Assembly: GCA_964016885.1 (NCBI GenBank)
Contig: OZ024746.1
Coordinates: forward strand, 4,712,001 to 4,776,000
DNA: 64,000 nucleotides
Source of the DNA: Eledone cirrhosa
Lineage: Eukaryota
Direction: 5' to 3'
Shown here: positions 27,801-42,700 of the stretch, piece by piece
Position numbering within the stretch: position 1 is the stretch's first letter
How the letters are laid out: every line of letters begins with the position of its first letter
Translations under genes and position numbers: made by a program
Notes under the pieces: model-generated
What the model was told of the DNA's origin: nothing
Seen by the model: only the letters and a program-made list of their open reading frames with translations
The model's database searches: none

Positions 27801-30521
27801 CTACATCATCAGATATCATATGTTCTCTGAAGGATGAATATGATAATTTGCTCTAATGCTATCCATGGACAACTACAGGTGTCTTCTTGTATGGCATATG
27901 TACAGTAATTACAGAGGCAGGTCAAGACTGGGATGGGAGAGAACAAACTTCATGTGGTTCACCCTGTATGGTATTCATTCTAACTAATGCTATTGCTCAA
28001 TATATGTACACACTTTGTACTACAGGTGTGTACATGGTAGGGTTCCAATCCCTTCCATGTTGACAGGTAGACTACAGAGAGATTTCAATACAGAATACAA
28101 AGGCCAGAAAAAATACCATAAGGCTTTTGCCCAACACTAATGATTCCACAAGACTACTAGCCTAAATTAGTACTGTATTTATTAAACCTGAAAGAATGCA
28201 GAATCTGAAATCAAAATGGAGAAATACAGAATAAATACTGCTAGGAGGCATTTTGTGCAATCTGACCGTGTAGGTAACACGGTAAAAAGCTCCCAGTCCA
28301 GACTGTAAATGCAATTAGTGTTAGGAAGGGCATCCAGCCGTAGAAAACCTGCCAGATAGTCCTATATGAGCGAGACACGGTCACCCGACCAATCTTGCCT
28401 CAAGTGGAACAATTCCCGTGTAACCCATGCTAGCGTTAATCGATGATGATGATGTTCCAATGCTTCTGCAAATTCACATAAATGACATCATATTGATATG
28501 ATTTTACTGATCTGAAATCACTTTTTAACATCTTTCATATACAAATATCATATAAAAATTACCTTCTTCACTTCATCAAGTTTTGCTCTGTCAGAGTTTA
28601 GCAAGTTACTAATCTCCTCCAACATCACCTCAAGTTCATCACGAGCATCTGTTGACTGATTCTTAGCATTTACTGAAGAATTATAAAGAGTTTCAACATC
28701 TTGTTTCACATTCATTGTCTTGGATTTAATATCATTCAGCTAAAAATACAACAAAAAAGTATTAACATTAAATTAAATGGTTTCAATCAGATTTGTTTAA
28801 ATTTAAAAGATAAAGGGAAGTAAAGTGCAGGTTAACTGATATTATCCAAAATATAAGGCTTCTTCTTCTTCTTTGCCCACCCACTCCTGAGAGGGTTGTG
28901 AAGGTAGAGTCCCCAAACACTCCTTCCAGTGGGTCCTGTCAGAAGCAACCGTCTCCAACTGATCCAGCTGGATCCTCAAGCGAGACCAGCCAATCTCATG
29001 GATGTTATCCAACTATCTTGCTCGGGGTCTACCCCAGGGTCTCCTGCCGGTTGGTTTTGCCCATAAAATCTGTCCAGCGATTCTTTCCTGGGACATTCTA
29101 ACCACATGCCCATAGTATCGGGCCTGTGATCTCTCAATTAGGAGAAGTAGTGGCTCTACCTGGAGTGACTTTCTGATATTCGACTACACACTTTATTGAG
29201 TAACATTACTCCAAAGGCCCTTCAGGGAACTCCATTTTAGCTGCTTGTATTCGCGATTGTATTCTTTCTGTCATTACCTAAGATTCATGACCATAGGTAA
29301 AGGTTGGCATAGATACTGAATTGAAGATAGCGAGTCTGGCTTTTACTCCTACCTCCCTTCTCATTACTGAATGTTGAATCTGGCACAACACATGATAGGA
29401 GAGAATACAGGGTAAGAAATGCAGTTGAAACAGCATATCATATCCCCAAAATACAGAGTAACAACATATAACCCCTTTTGAAAGCAAAGAGTCTTATATA
29501 ATTAACAAGTGCTTTGTTAACTTAAAGTGTGTAATAATTGTTTCTACTTTTGGCACAAGGCCAGCAATTACCCAGTGCATTACTGGTACTTTATTTTATC
29601 GACCCCGTAAGGATGAAAGGCAAAGTTAACCTCGGCGTGATTTGAACTCAGAATGGCAAGGGCCGTAACTCTATGTGTCAAAGCGTGGCGTCTGACCCTC
29701 TACCAATACTGCCAAATATATATATGGCATGGTCCTATAACTCCTGGTAGAGACATAGGGCTGCCATATTTACATATGGTATTTCTTGGACATGTTAAGC
29801 CTGCTGGAGCCCACCCCTCTCCACATCTGACTACAGCGGATTTCTTCCAGAGAAAGATAGAAAGGGAAATAGAGGGAGAATTGACTCCAGTAGTTGACTG
29901 GTATTTTGTTATTGACCTCGAAAGGATGAAAGACAAAGCTGACCTTGATAGCATTTGAACTGAGAGAGAAGAGATTGAGAATGAATACCACAAAACATTC
30001 TATTGGATGTTCTATCAACTCTACCAATTTGCCGATCGAATCCTCTCTACATTTTGGTCTTTATATTTATTATTACTATTGTATAAGTTGCTGTTTGTCT
30101 TGTCTCTCACTCCATAGGACAGTGCTTTGACTTGTATCAGACCTCAGTGACCCCGGGGTGGATCAGCAGTACCATTGGTAGGGGTCAAAACTGCTAAAGT
30201 CCATCTCAATAGCCTGGAGTTATGTCTTTTGATTGTATTTTTATTTTCAAAAAATAATTTTTAAATGTTTCCCCTTAAAACAGTTTTTCATTTGTTGTCT
30301 TGTCCTCTCTTTTTGATTTTCCTAAGTTTATATATATAAATAGTTGGGTTTTTTTCACCCTAGCGAATCTGGTCCCTTACGATTTGAACACATATACATT
30401 TATATCTGTGTTTATCTCTCTTTTATATTCAATCATATTACACGGCTCAGAAAAAGATCTTTCTTTGAGCTATTTAATTGTAAGAGACTATTTTGAGTTT
30501 CTAACTCAATATATACCTTTG

Positions 30522-30553
<32 letters not shown>

Positions 30554-33500
30554 GTATATATATATATATAGAGAGAGAGAGAGGGGGGGGAGATGGAGGG
30601 GGGGGAGATTGGGAGAGAGGAGGAGGGAGAGAGAGAGACGGAGAGAGAGAGGAGGAGGAGGGGGGGGAGAGAGAGAGACGGAGAGAGAGAGGAGGAGGAG
30701 GGAGAGAGAGGAGGAGGAGGGAGAGAGAGAGGAGGAGGGAGAGAGAGAGGAGGAGGAGGGAGAGAGATAGGAGGAGGGAGAGAGAGAGGGGGGTTTAAAC
30801 ATGGATACAAGATTTTGTCTTATGGTCTAGAAACAAGGATATACATGACTAAAACTAGGTGAATGTATTACTCACTTTGTTAACAATCCTTGGTATCTTT
30901 AAACTTCTCTCTCGTAGCTTGTCCCGAGCCTTTTCAGCAACATCCAAAGCATTCGCTGCATCTGTTGTAGCTCCACTACAACTAAAACCTCCACATTTGT
31001 CACAGCCACCACCACCACACAGTGAATCACAAGGGTCTCCTCTTCCACCACAGACCTTAAAGAAATTTATATGAAGTGATGTGAGGTTTATATAAGTGAT
31101 GTGAGGTTTATATGAGGTGATGTGAGGTTAATATGAGGTGATGTGAGGTTTATATGAGGTGATGTGAGGTTTATATGAGGTGATGTGTGGTTTATATGAG
31201 GTGATGTGAGGTTTATATGAGGTTTATATGAGGTGATGTGAGGTTTATATGAGGTGATATGAGGTGATGTGAGGTTTATATGAGGTGATGTGAGGTTTAT
31301 ATGAGGTGATGTGAGGTTTATATGAGGTGATGTGAGGTTTATATGAGGTGATGTGAGGTTTATATGAGGTAATGTGAGGTTTATATGAGGTGATGTGAGG
31401 TTTATATGAGGTGATGTGAGGTTTATATGAGGTGATGTGAGGTTTATATGAGGTGATGTGAGGTTTATATGAGGTAATGTGTGGTTTATATGAGGTAATG
31501 TGTGGTTTATATGAGGTGATGTGAGGTTTATATGAGGTGATGTGAGGTTAATATGAGGTGATGTGAGGTTTATATGAGGAAATGTGTGGTTTATATGAGG
31601 TGATGTGAGGTTTATATGAGGTGATGTGAGGTTTATATGAGGTGATGTGAGGTTAATATGAGGTGATGTGAGGTTTATATGAGGTAATGTGTGGTTTATA
31701 TGAGGTGATGTGAGGTTTATATGAGGTGATGTGAGGTTTATATGAGGTGATGTGTGGTTTATATGAGGTGATGTGTGGTTTATATGAGGTGATGTGTGGT
31801 TTATATGAGGTGATGTGAGGTTTATATGAGGTGATGTGTGGTTTATATGAGGTGATGTGAGGTTTGTATGAGGTGATGTGTGGTTTATATGAGGTGATGT
31901 GAGGTTTATATGAGGTGATGTGAGGTTTATATGAGGTGATGTGAGGTTTATATGAGGTGATGTGTGGTATATATGAGGTGATGTGTGGTTTATATGAGGT
32001 GATGTGTGGTTTATATGAGGTGATGTGAGGTTTATATGAGGTGATGTGTGGTTTATATGAGGTGATGTGAGGTTTATATGAGGTGATGTGAGGTTTATAT
32101 GAGGTGATGTGAGGTTTATATGAGGTAATGTGAGGTTTATATGAGGTGATGTGTGGTTTATATGAGGTGATGTATGGTTTATATGAGGTGATGTGTGGTT
32201 TATATGAGGTGATGTGTGGTTTATATGAGGTGATGTGAGGTTTATATGAGGTAATGTGTGGTTTATATGAGGTAATGTGTGGTATATATGAGGTGATGTG
32301 TGGTTTATATGAGGTGATGTGAGGTTTACATGAGGTGATGTGAGGTTTATATGAGGTAATGTGTGGTTTATATGAGGTGATGTGAGGTTTATATGAGGTG
32401 ATGTGAGGTTTATATGAGGTAATGTGAGGTTTATATGAGGTGATGTGTGGTTTATATGAGGTGATGTGTGGTTTATATGAGGTGATGTGTGGTTTATATG
32501 AGGTGATGTGAGGTTTACATGAGGTGATGTGAGGTTTATATGAGGTAATGTGTGGTTTATATGAGGTAATGTGTGGTTTATATGAGGTAATGTGTGGTTT
32601 ATATGAGGTAATGTGTGGTTTATATGAGGTAATGTGTGGTATATATGAGGTGATGTGTGGTTTATATGAGGTAATGTGTGGTTTATATGAGGTGATGTGT
32701 GGTTTATATGAGGTGATGTGAGGTTTATATGAGGTAATGTGTGGTTTATATGAGGTAATGTGAGGTTTATATGAGGTGATGTGAGGTTTATATGAGGTGA
32801 TGTGAGGCTTATATGAGGTAATGTGTGGTTTATATGAGGTGATGTGAGGTTTATATGAGGTGATGTGAGGTTTATATGTTAACATGAGGTGATGTGAGGT
32901 TTATATGAGGTGATGTGAGGTTTATATGAGGTGATGTGAGGTTTATATGAGGTGATGTGAGGTTTATATGAGGTGATGTGAGGTTTATATGAGGTAATGT
33001 GTGGTTTATATGAGGTAATGTGTGGTTTATATGAGGTGATGTGAGGTTTATATGAGGTGATGTGAGGTTAATATGAGGTGATGTGAGGTTTATATGAGGA
33101 AATGTGTGGTTTATATGAGGTGATGTGAGGTTTATATGAGGTGATGTGAGGTTTATATGAGGTGATGTGAGGTTAATATGAGGTGATGTGAGGTTTATAT
33201 GAGGTAATGTGTGGTTTATATGAGGTGATGTGAGGTTTATATGAGGTGATGTGAGGTTTATATGAGGTGATGTGTGGTTTATATGAGGTGATGTGTGGTT
33301 TATATGAGGTGATGTGTGGTTTATATGAGGTGATGTGAGGTTTATATGAGGTGATGTGTGGTTTATATGAGGTGATGTGAGGTTTGTATGAGGTGATGTG
33401 TGGTTTATATGAGGTGATGTGAGGTTTATATGAGGTGATGTGAGGTTTATATGAGGTGATGTGTGGTATATATGAGGTGATGTGTGGTTTATATGAGGTG

Positions 33501-36500
33501 ATGTGTGGTTTATATGAGGTGATGTGAGGTTTATATGAGGTGATGTGTGGTTTATATGAGGTGATGTGAGGTTTATATGAGGTGATGTGAGGTTTATATG
33601 AGGTGATGTGAGGTTTATATGAGGTAATGTGAGGTTTATATGAGGTGATGTGTGGTTTATATGAGGTGATGTATGGTTTATATGAGGTGATGTGTGGTTT
33701 ATATGAGGTGATGTGTGGTTTATATGAGGTGATGTGAGGTTTATATGAGGTAATGTGTGGTTTATATGAGGTAATGTGTGGTATATATGAGGTGATGTGT
33801 GGTTTATATGAGGTGATGTGAGGTTTACATGAGGTGATGTGAGGTTTATATGAGGTAATGTGTGGTTTATATGAGGTGATGTGAGGTTTATATGAGGTGA
33901 TGTGAGGTTTATATGAGGTAATGTGAGGTTTATATGAGGTGATGTGTGGTTTATATGAGGTGATGTGTGGTTTATATGAGGTGATGTGTGGTTTATATGA
34001 GGTGATGTGTGGTTTATATGAGGTGATGTGAGGTTTACATGAGGTGATGTGAGGTTTATATGAGGTAATGTGTGGTTTATATGAGGTAATGTGTGGTTTA
34101 TATGAGGTAATGTGTGGTTTATATGAGGTAATGTGTGGTATATATGAGGTGATGTGTGGTTTATATGAGGTAATGTGTGGTTTATATGAGGTGATGTGAG
34201 GTTTATATGAGGTAATGTGTGGTTTATATGAGGTAATGTGAGGTTTATATGAGGTGATGTGAGGTTTATATGAGGTGATGTGAGGCTTATATGAGGTAAT
34301 GTGTGGTTTATATGAGGTGATGTGAGGTTTATATGAGGTGATGTGAGGTTTATATGTTAACATGAGGTGATGTGAGGTTTATATGAGGTGATGTGAGGTT
34401 TATATGAGGTGATGTGAGGTTTATATGAGGTGATGTGAGGTTTATATGAGGTGATGTGAGGTTTATATGAGGTAATGTGTGGTTTATATGTTAACATGAG
34501 GTGATGTGAGGTTTATATGAGGTAATGTGAGGTTTATATGAGGTAATGTGTGGCTTATATGAGGTGATGTGAGGTCTATATGAGGTGATGTGAGGTTTAT
34601 ATGAGGTGATGTGAGATTTATATGAGGTAATGTGTGGTTTATATGAGGTGATGTGAGGTTTATATGTTTATATGAAGTTTGTGTGTTAATATAAGGTGAT
34701 GTGGGGGGGGAGTATGGAGACAAGGTTTTATAGAATAACTTACATTTTCATTGATATCCAACAATTTTTCATCAAGATCATTGACATTACTGTCAAGTTT
34801 ATCCAGCTTGCGTTTCTCATCATTAAGTTGAAATTTGAAAGAACTTTCACCACGAGCAATCTCTCTTTCAACATCGTTACGGTTATCTTCAGAATTTTCC
34901 ACTGTCTTCATGGCTCTGCGGACAATATGATCAGCTTTATCTGACATCTGCTTCGCTTCTAATGTTATATTGTAGGCCCCTGTTATGGATATAAACAATC
35001 ATAGGTGTAAACAGAAGCCAAGTCCCACAATCTGTCTAAATTTTCCTCACTATAAACTTCACCCTTCGGATTCTTCTTTTACTCCGTTTTCATCAAACCC
35101 CAATTTTTTCAGCTACTTTATTCCTACATAATTTAATATCCCCAGAGAGAGAGAGAGAGTGTGTGTGTGTGCGTGTGTGTGAGTGTGTGCGTGTGTGTGT
35201 GTACCTAATGGTGGTCAATGATTGGGCCAAACAAAGACTGTTAAATAAATAAAAATTCATTAAGCATAAATGGTAATAATATATAAAATAGTAAATAGAT
35301 TTGGAATTAGACACACACCAGAAATACCATTAACAACACACAACACCAATACCACAACAACATTAACACCAACAGTGACACAACACCACAACAACACTGA
35401 CATCACAACAGCACCAACACCACAACAGTGACACAACACCAACACTGACATCACAACAGTGATACAACATCAACAACACTGACATCAGAACAGTGACACA
35501 ACACCACAACAACACTGACATCACAACACCAACATCACAACAGCACCAACACAACAACAACACCAACATCACAACAGCACCAACACCACAACAACACTGA
35601 CATCACAACAGTGACACACCACCACAACACTGACATCACAACGGCACCAACACCACAACAACACTGACATCACAACAGTGACACAACACCACCACAACAC
35701 TGACATCACAACAGCACCAACACCACAACATTAAGACAGACATACATGATCATCAATAAACTATTCCTCCTTTAGAACAAGAAATGTTACTCACCTTCAT
35801 AATCATTTTCTTTTATTATTTGAGCACTAGCATTCAAGTTGTTAGCAAGCTCTCTTAAATCTTTTATATCAAGTTTTAATGCTTCCAGTTTGTTCTTGTA
35901 GTTCAATACACTGGCAGACGTTTCATGTAGCTTATCTTCAGCTTTATCAACCAATCTGTTATTGACACTTAAATTCTTCCTGAATACATAAACAAAAGAC
36001 ATTCTATATCTATTTGCCATCTGGAGAACAGGTTCCATTTAATTCAAATCAAGTTATTATTTTTAGATACCACATTAAGGGGAATGGTTTAACAGTATCG
36101 CTTGGGCATCAGACAACATGCTTTGCAGCATAGAGTTAAGGCGCTTTACGTTCTAAAATTAAAGATAGCAAGTTTGGTTTTTACACCTACCTCCCTTCTT
36201 CTGATTACTGAATATGTATTCAACTATATTTTTTAATTTATTTGATTAAAAATAACACTTACTTGATTGTTTCAAGCATGTTATCCAATTCAGCCACAGT
36301 ATCTGAAGAACCACCAACATCCATGATAATCTGTCTAACTTCATCTAAGTTCTGTCTCATTGCACGGAATTCACTATCAAAAGCTCCCGCAGCTCCAGTA
36401 ATGGTGATATTCTTTACCTTATTAACCATGTCATGGGTACGAACTGATCACAAAAAAGTTTGAAAATTGAAAATGAATTAATCAGAACAATTGTGAAATC

Positions 36501-38807
36501 TAATAAATATAAGTTTCTTTGTCGTCTCTCTGAGTTTGGAGAGAGACTCTGAAAGAAACACAAATCCATAGAATATATGTAGAGATGATTGTTTCATTAA
36601 TCTCAAGCTCTGCCACTAGTCTTAAACTTTGACCTGAGATGCTAACCCTCTCAAATATATGTGAAACATTTGAGGCAGTTATACCATCCACTAACCAAGT
36701 GAAATATGATTGTAAGTATCGCAGGCAATTTCAGAGCCTTTCATTCTATAGGAACAGATTGGACCATAAAATAGATGTTTAAAAATGCTATGGTCTGTCC
36801 CAGCTATCAGGATGATTAGGTAGGTGTTTATCACTTGTTTCATTTTTCTTTAGCTTTACACAACTTTGGCAGGATGCCAGTCTATTGCAGAGTTAACCAG
36901 GATACCAGTCTTTTGCAGAGTTAACCCCCAGCTATTACTGGTACCCATTTTCAGCTGATTGTATTCAAGCAATGTGTTCTAGTCTTAGATAAGTTAAACG
37001 ACAATATGGTCATGACAAACATTTTTATTAAAGACCTGCAATCAGACTGACCTAGGGCTAAACAAAAACAACAATCAATAAGTAGTATACATATGTAAAA
37101 TTCTGATGAGGAAGGAATTTGCAGAGAGGTTTACTATAATTTTAATAAAGTCTTAATACCAGTTATATAGTCATATATTCATATATCTAGAAACTTAACC
37201 TCTCAGAAATATTTTTTAAGATTATAACAAATTGAAAAAATTAATTTGAAATAAATATCACACAAAAATAACTATAATTAAATGTTATATGATTGAAGCT
37301 ATAATTATATATTTTAATATTTTTAACTGTTTTAGCAGCTTCTGAAGGTGTATAATTTTTAAAACAATATTATTTGGTTTCAAAACTTTAATGCTTCATA
37401 TACTTTCAAAACTTTAATGCTTCTGTATATATCTTTGTGTTTCATTTTAGGTTTATATTCATATTTGAAACTGAAACTAATTTTTAAAAAAATAAATAAA
37501 TAAATAAATAAATATTATAATTTTTTTTTTTTTTTTTAAATTAGTTTCAGTTTCAAATATGAATATAAACCTAAAATGAAACACAAAGATATATACAGAG
37601 CCTATGAAAAATGAGATAAGAACAGAATGCAAATATTTCAATTTTTATATTAGCTACACACCTCTTTATGAAAATGTAATGGTATATAAGATGGCTCAAC
37701 CTTACACTAGAAATGTATATTAGATGGTTCAATCTTACACTAGAAATGTATATTAGATGGTTCAATCTTACACTAGAAATGTATATTAGATGGTTCAACC
37801 TTACACTAGAAATGTATATTAGATGGCTCAACCTTACACTAGAAATGTATATTAGATGGTTCAATCTTACACTAGAAATGTATATTAGATGGTTCAATCT
37901 TACACTAGAAATGTATATTAGATGGTTCAACCTTACACTAGAAATGTATATTAGATGGCTCAACCTTACACTAGAAATGTATATAAGATGGCTCAACCTT
38001 ACACTAGAAATGTATATTAGATTGTTCAATCTTACACTAGAAATGTATATTAGATGGTTCAATCTTACACTACCCAACAATTTAATCTAATTGGAAGCTG
38101 CAGTAGACCAAAGAAGACTTAGGTAGAAGTGGTTAAAGCAGATCTCAAAATGCTAAACCTCTCAGAGGAGATGATGAAGGAACACAGGAAGTGGAAGGAA
38201 GCTGTGAAAAGACAAGCATAAAAGGATGATGATGATAATATCAAATATTCAATGACAAACTTACCACTAAGATCGCGTACAACTCTATCCCAATTATCGA
38301 AACATTCACCGCATGATTTACAGTTAGGTAATTTCCCAATAGTTCCACGGGCACATTTATCACAGTTGTGACCTGTGACACCAGGAATGCAAGTACACTG
38401 TCCTGTGCGACGACTACACTGTGTTGAGATTGAGCCTTCTCGGGAACAGTTGCAAGCTGGAAAAGAAAAATATGAATAATAATAAACTTTCTTCTGTGAG
38501 ATTATATTTTAAAAAGCAGTCTTAATTACTAACAAATATATGTAGAGTTTGTAAATGTTGATAAATTTGTATGTTATAGGAAAAGAAACAAAACTCTTTG
38601 TTGAAATGAAAAATATTTTTCTATCTTTAATAAAAAGTTCTGCTCAAAACCTTAGGATTCCCATTTCCCTATCATATACAAGCTTATCAAAATTTATAAA
38701 CTTCACTAAATAATTTTTGCTGAGAAAGACCAACACTTGGTTCTACAGTTTTTATTTTTATATAAGCGTATGTATGTACGTGTATATATATATATATATA
38801 TATACAC

Positions 38808-38869
<62 letters not shown>

Positions 38870-39687
38870 GTACATCAGGTACAAAATTTACCCATCTCAT
38901 TACAGTTGAAAATTGCAAAATTGACTGTCACCACATATTATGAACCTGAAGATTGCGAAAGCATGAAAGTACTTGTTCAATTAACACTTAGAATTTAATA
39001 TTCTATCATACTATTTCATTATAATACCATTATAAATTTTAAAGGATTGTAAATAAAACGAGTAAATCAGACAAAGTTGGAATTCCTCTTATTAATATAT
39101 ATATATAGTAATAATAATAAATTTGAAGACTAAAATCCAAAGAGGGCTCGATAAGGATAAATATATATCCAATATATAAGAACCCTAGAGCAAATATTTA
39201 TTAAAATAACAGATTAAAGTTTAATCTGTTATTTTAATAAATATATATTTATATATATATATATATATTTGTGGTAAGGTTGCTAGGATGCGTCCATAGG
39301 CGATATGCCAGTTGAGAACTCTATGCTTCTTCGGAGCAGAGTATGATAATATGGAAAACAAAGAATCAGTGATGCATTGGAACACAATTTATTACGTATT
39401 ACAAATGTTTCTCCGGTGAACAGCTCGAGGTGCGATCTATTTGTGGATCAAACCTGACTCTGGATTCGCAAGTTCCTCAGATAAGTTTGGCAGATGATAG
39501 AAATTCAAAGGGCAGAGTCCAGCAGAAAGAGGATTTGCTTCGAAATCACTAGACATAGCTGAGGAACTTGCGAACCCAGAGTCAGGTTCGATCCACAAAC
39601 AGATCGCACCTCGAGCTGTTCACCGGAGAAACATTTGTAATACGTAATAAATTTGTGTTCTGATGCATCACTGATTCTTCATTTTAC

Positions 39688-39737
<50 letters not shown>

Positions 39738-42700
39738 CACACACAGACAAAAGCATGGTTATGAATTTATGTCTACTTAGATAATGTTCAGTTGAGATAT
39801 TTCTTCTAGCAGATGAGACTATAGAGCTTCAAAGTTCCTAAGGACTTCACTAGTCTCTCAACTCTGAAGTTATATCAGAGGATACAGTAGTGAGAATGTG
39901 TAGCAAAAACATCATAAATTGTTTTAATATAGAGACATGTAATTTGTATAAATTTGAGAGAATGGGTACTTACGAAAGCATTGGACGGCGGGATCTCCCC
40001 AGTAATAATCCTCACAATCACTACATGTACGTCCACCACGTCCAGTTTTACACTGACACTGACCATCGATCTGTAAGAAGTTATTTTAATCACATATTAT
40101 TAAACATTTTAATATCTAAAGAATTTGTATGTTTTAATTTACAGAGTGTACAGGGTTCATTTAATCATGGCACAGGTAATAAGGAGGTTGTGATGTCCTT
40201 GACACAATTGAAGAGTCCCTTCAATCCTTTGTTAGGCAGGGTTTCTAGGGCTGGATGCCCTCCCTAACACCAACCACTTTACAGAAGCAAAGAACACATA
40301 ACGAGGGTGTAGAGCAAGACTGTTCCTTCACATATATAGTAATTGTTTTGGTACCATCGAAGGAGACTGAATGGTTGTGCCCTCAATGGAAGTTTTTCAA
40401 ATCTCTTCTATTCATGTCTGGCATAAAATGTTTAGATTGCATCATCAACCTGACACCCCACTGACATAACCAACTATATAACAAAAAAGTTAAAATTTAT
40501 GGTTAAAATAAGTTTTCTATTGGACCCGCAACTCCAGATAGAGTCATAGGAACTATTCCCTCTCCAGCTCTGAACACAGCCAATTTCTACTCCACTACTG
40601 GACTGGTACTTTTTTTATCAACCTCAAACAGTGAAAGGCAAAGTTCACCTCAGTGGGATTTAATCCTTTCATGACCATATTGCTAATTAAATACACTCTA
40701 TTTTAATTAATTAATGAAGAATTTTGAGGAATCTACTAAAATAATAACTTAATGTAAAGTTCTTATATAAAATTATGTTTGAAGATTTTAATTTAAATTG
40801 GAAACCTTTAAAATGGGTGGTTTTATTTCATAGAACCAGAGTTGGTTTTGGTTGGGTTAGTAACTAAAGGGGTAAAATAGGTGGTTTTATTTCATAGAAC
40901 CAGAGTTGGTTTTGGTTGGGTTAGTAACTAAAGGGGTAAAATAGGTGGTTTTATTTCATAGAACCAGAGTTGGTTTTGGTTGGTTTAGTAACTAAAGGGG
41001 TAAAATAGGTGGTTTTATTTCATAGAATCAGAACTGCTTTTGGCTGGGTTGGTAACTAAAGGGGTAAACTCAGAGAGCACAGAAGGCCAGAAGAAATACT
41101 ATAAAGCATTATATCTGACAGTCTAAAAACTCTGCCGATTTACTACCTAAAAATAAAATAAAATCCAACTGAGTTGATTTCTTACTTGATTACATTGTTG
41201 AGAAAATGAACCCATTGGATCACAGTCACACCGTTCACAGCCATCACCACTGGCAATATTCCAGTGGTTCACAGCACACTGATCACATTCTCTTCCAACA
41301 ACATTGGGATGACAGTGACATTGACCAGTAACTCTGTCACAAAGACTCTTTGATGAGTTGGTGCCAAGGTAATTACAAACACAGGCTAAATAGAAGCAAA
41401 AAAAAAACAGAATTTCAAATAACATTTGATATATTAGTTACTTCCTGCCACTTATAGACATTAATAGAGAGATAAACAAACAACAGCAATACAACAAAAT
41501 GAACCAAGGAAGATTTTGTGGCTTATCAACCTGCTAGAAACTGCAGCTAAATCTCCCTCAAATCACACATTAAAAAAAAAATGAAATGAAACATAAGATT
41601 ATGTAGTCCAAGATAATCTATGCCAGAAATCTAAGTTAAACAATTGGTATTATTATTGTACATACATTGACAATTCTGTTGAGTGGCATCTCCATAGTAA
41701 TTTGCTTCACAGTGTTCACAGTTGAAACCAGTTGTCTGGAAACGACATTTAAGACATTCTCCAGTTATTGCATCACAGCTTCCAGAAACACTGCTGTCAA
41801 TGTTACCATTGCAGTCACAGGCCTTACAAGTTCCAAGTTCAGGGGTACCAAAGTAATTTTGGGCACAGCTATCACAGTGAAAACCTAATAAAACAAATAT
41901 ATAGACACATTATATAGAGAGAGAAAATGATATGAAAAAAATACTAGACTGTTTCTCAGTTGATATATCTTCATATATATTATTTACAAATACATTATAG
42001 ATGCTCTCAACAGAAGTTTATTGAGCTTTTACTGAGAAACGTTATTGATATTTTATATGTATTGATAAAACCAAGAATATACTTATTTCTACTCCTAATT
42101 TCTCTAAATTAAAGTTGACTAAAATGGATTCACCTGGTGTTCTTTCTAGCACACCTTAATCCTGTCCTGTATATCAACCCTTCTATAATACACATACATA
42201 TATATGTATATATATATATATATACAAATATAGACCTATCGACTCACAATTATATGTCACAGAGAAGACAGTACTGAGTCCTTCAAGGTAAGATTTTTTT
42301 TTTTACATAATTTTATAATTGTTTCTACTTTTGGCACAAGGCCAGCAATTATCCCAGTACATTACTGGTACTTTATTTTATCGACCCCATAAGGATGAAA
42401 GGCAAAGTTAACCTCGGCAGGATTTGAACTCAGATCATAAAGGGCCGTAACTCTTTGCTGCAAAGCATGGCGTCAGACCCTCTACCAATACTGCCAATCC
42501 ACCATCATTTTATATAATATTCTTTAATTTCATCTAGAGGAGATAAATGTATCTGATAGAGCTTATTGGACTTGGTTTTAATCTTTTCTTCTACTCTAGA
42601 TATTATGTGTGGGTGTATAAAAAATACAACCCAGAAAAATATATAATTATGTACTACTGTGACTTGATATATAATTGACATACCTGAATATCCTTCATGG

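Noticed and set aside
31653-34363. 410-aa and 396-aa (YKPHITS)n ORFs
   Set aside because: Translations of a 21-bp satellite inside a laminin intron. A stop-free frame follows automatically from the unit sequence.
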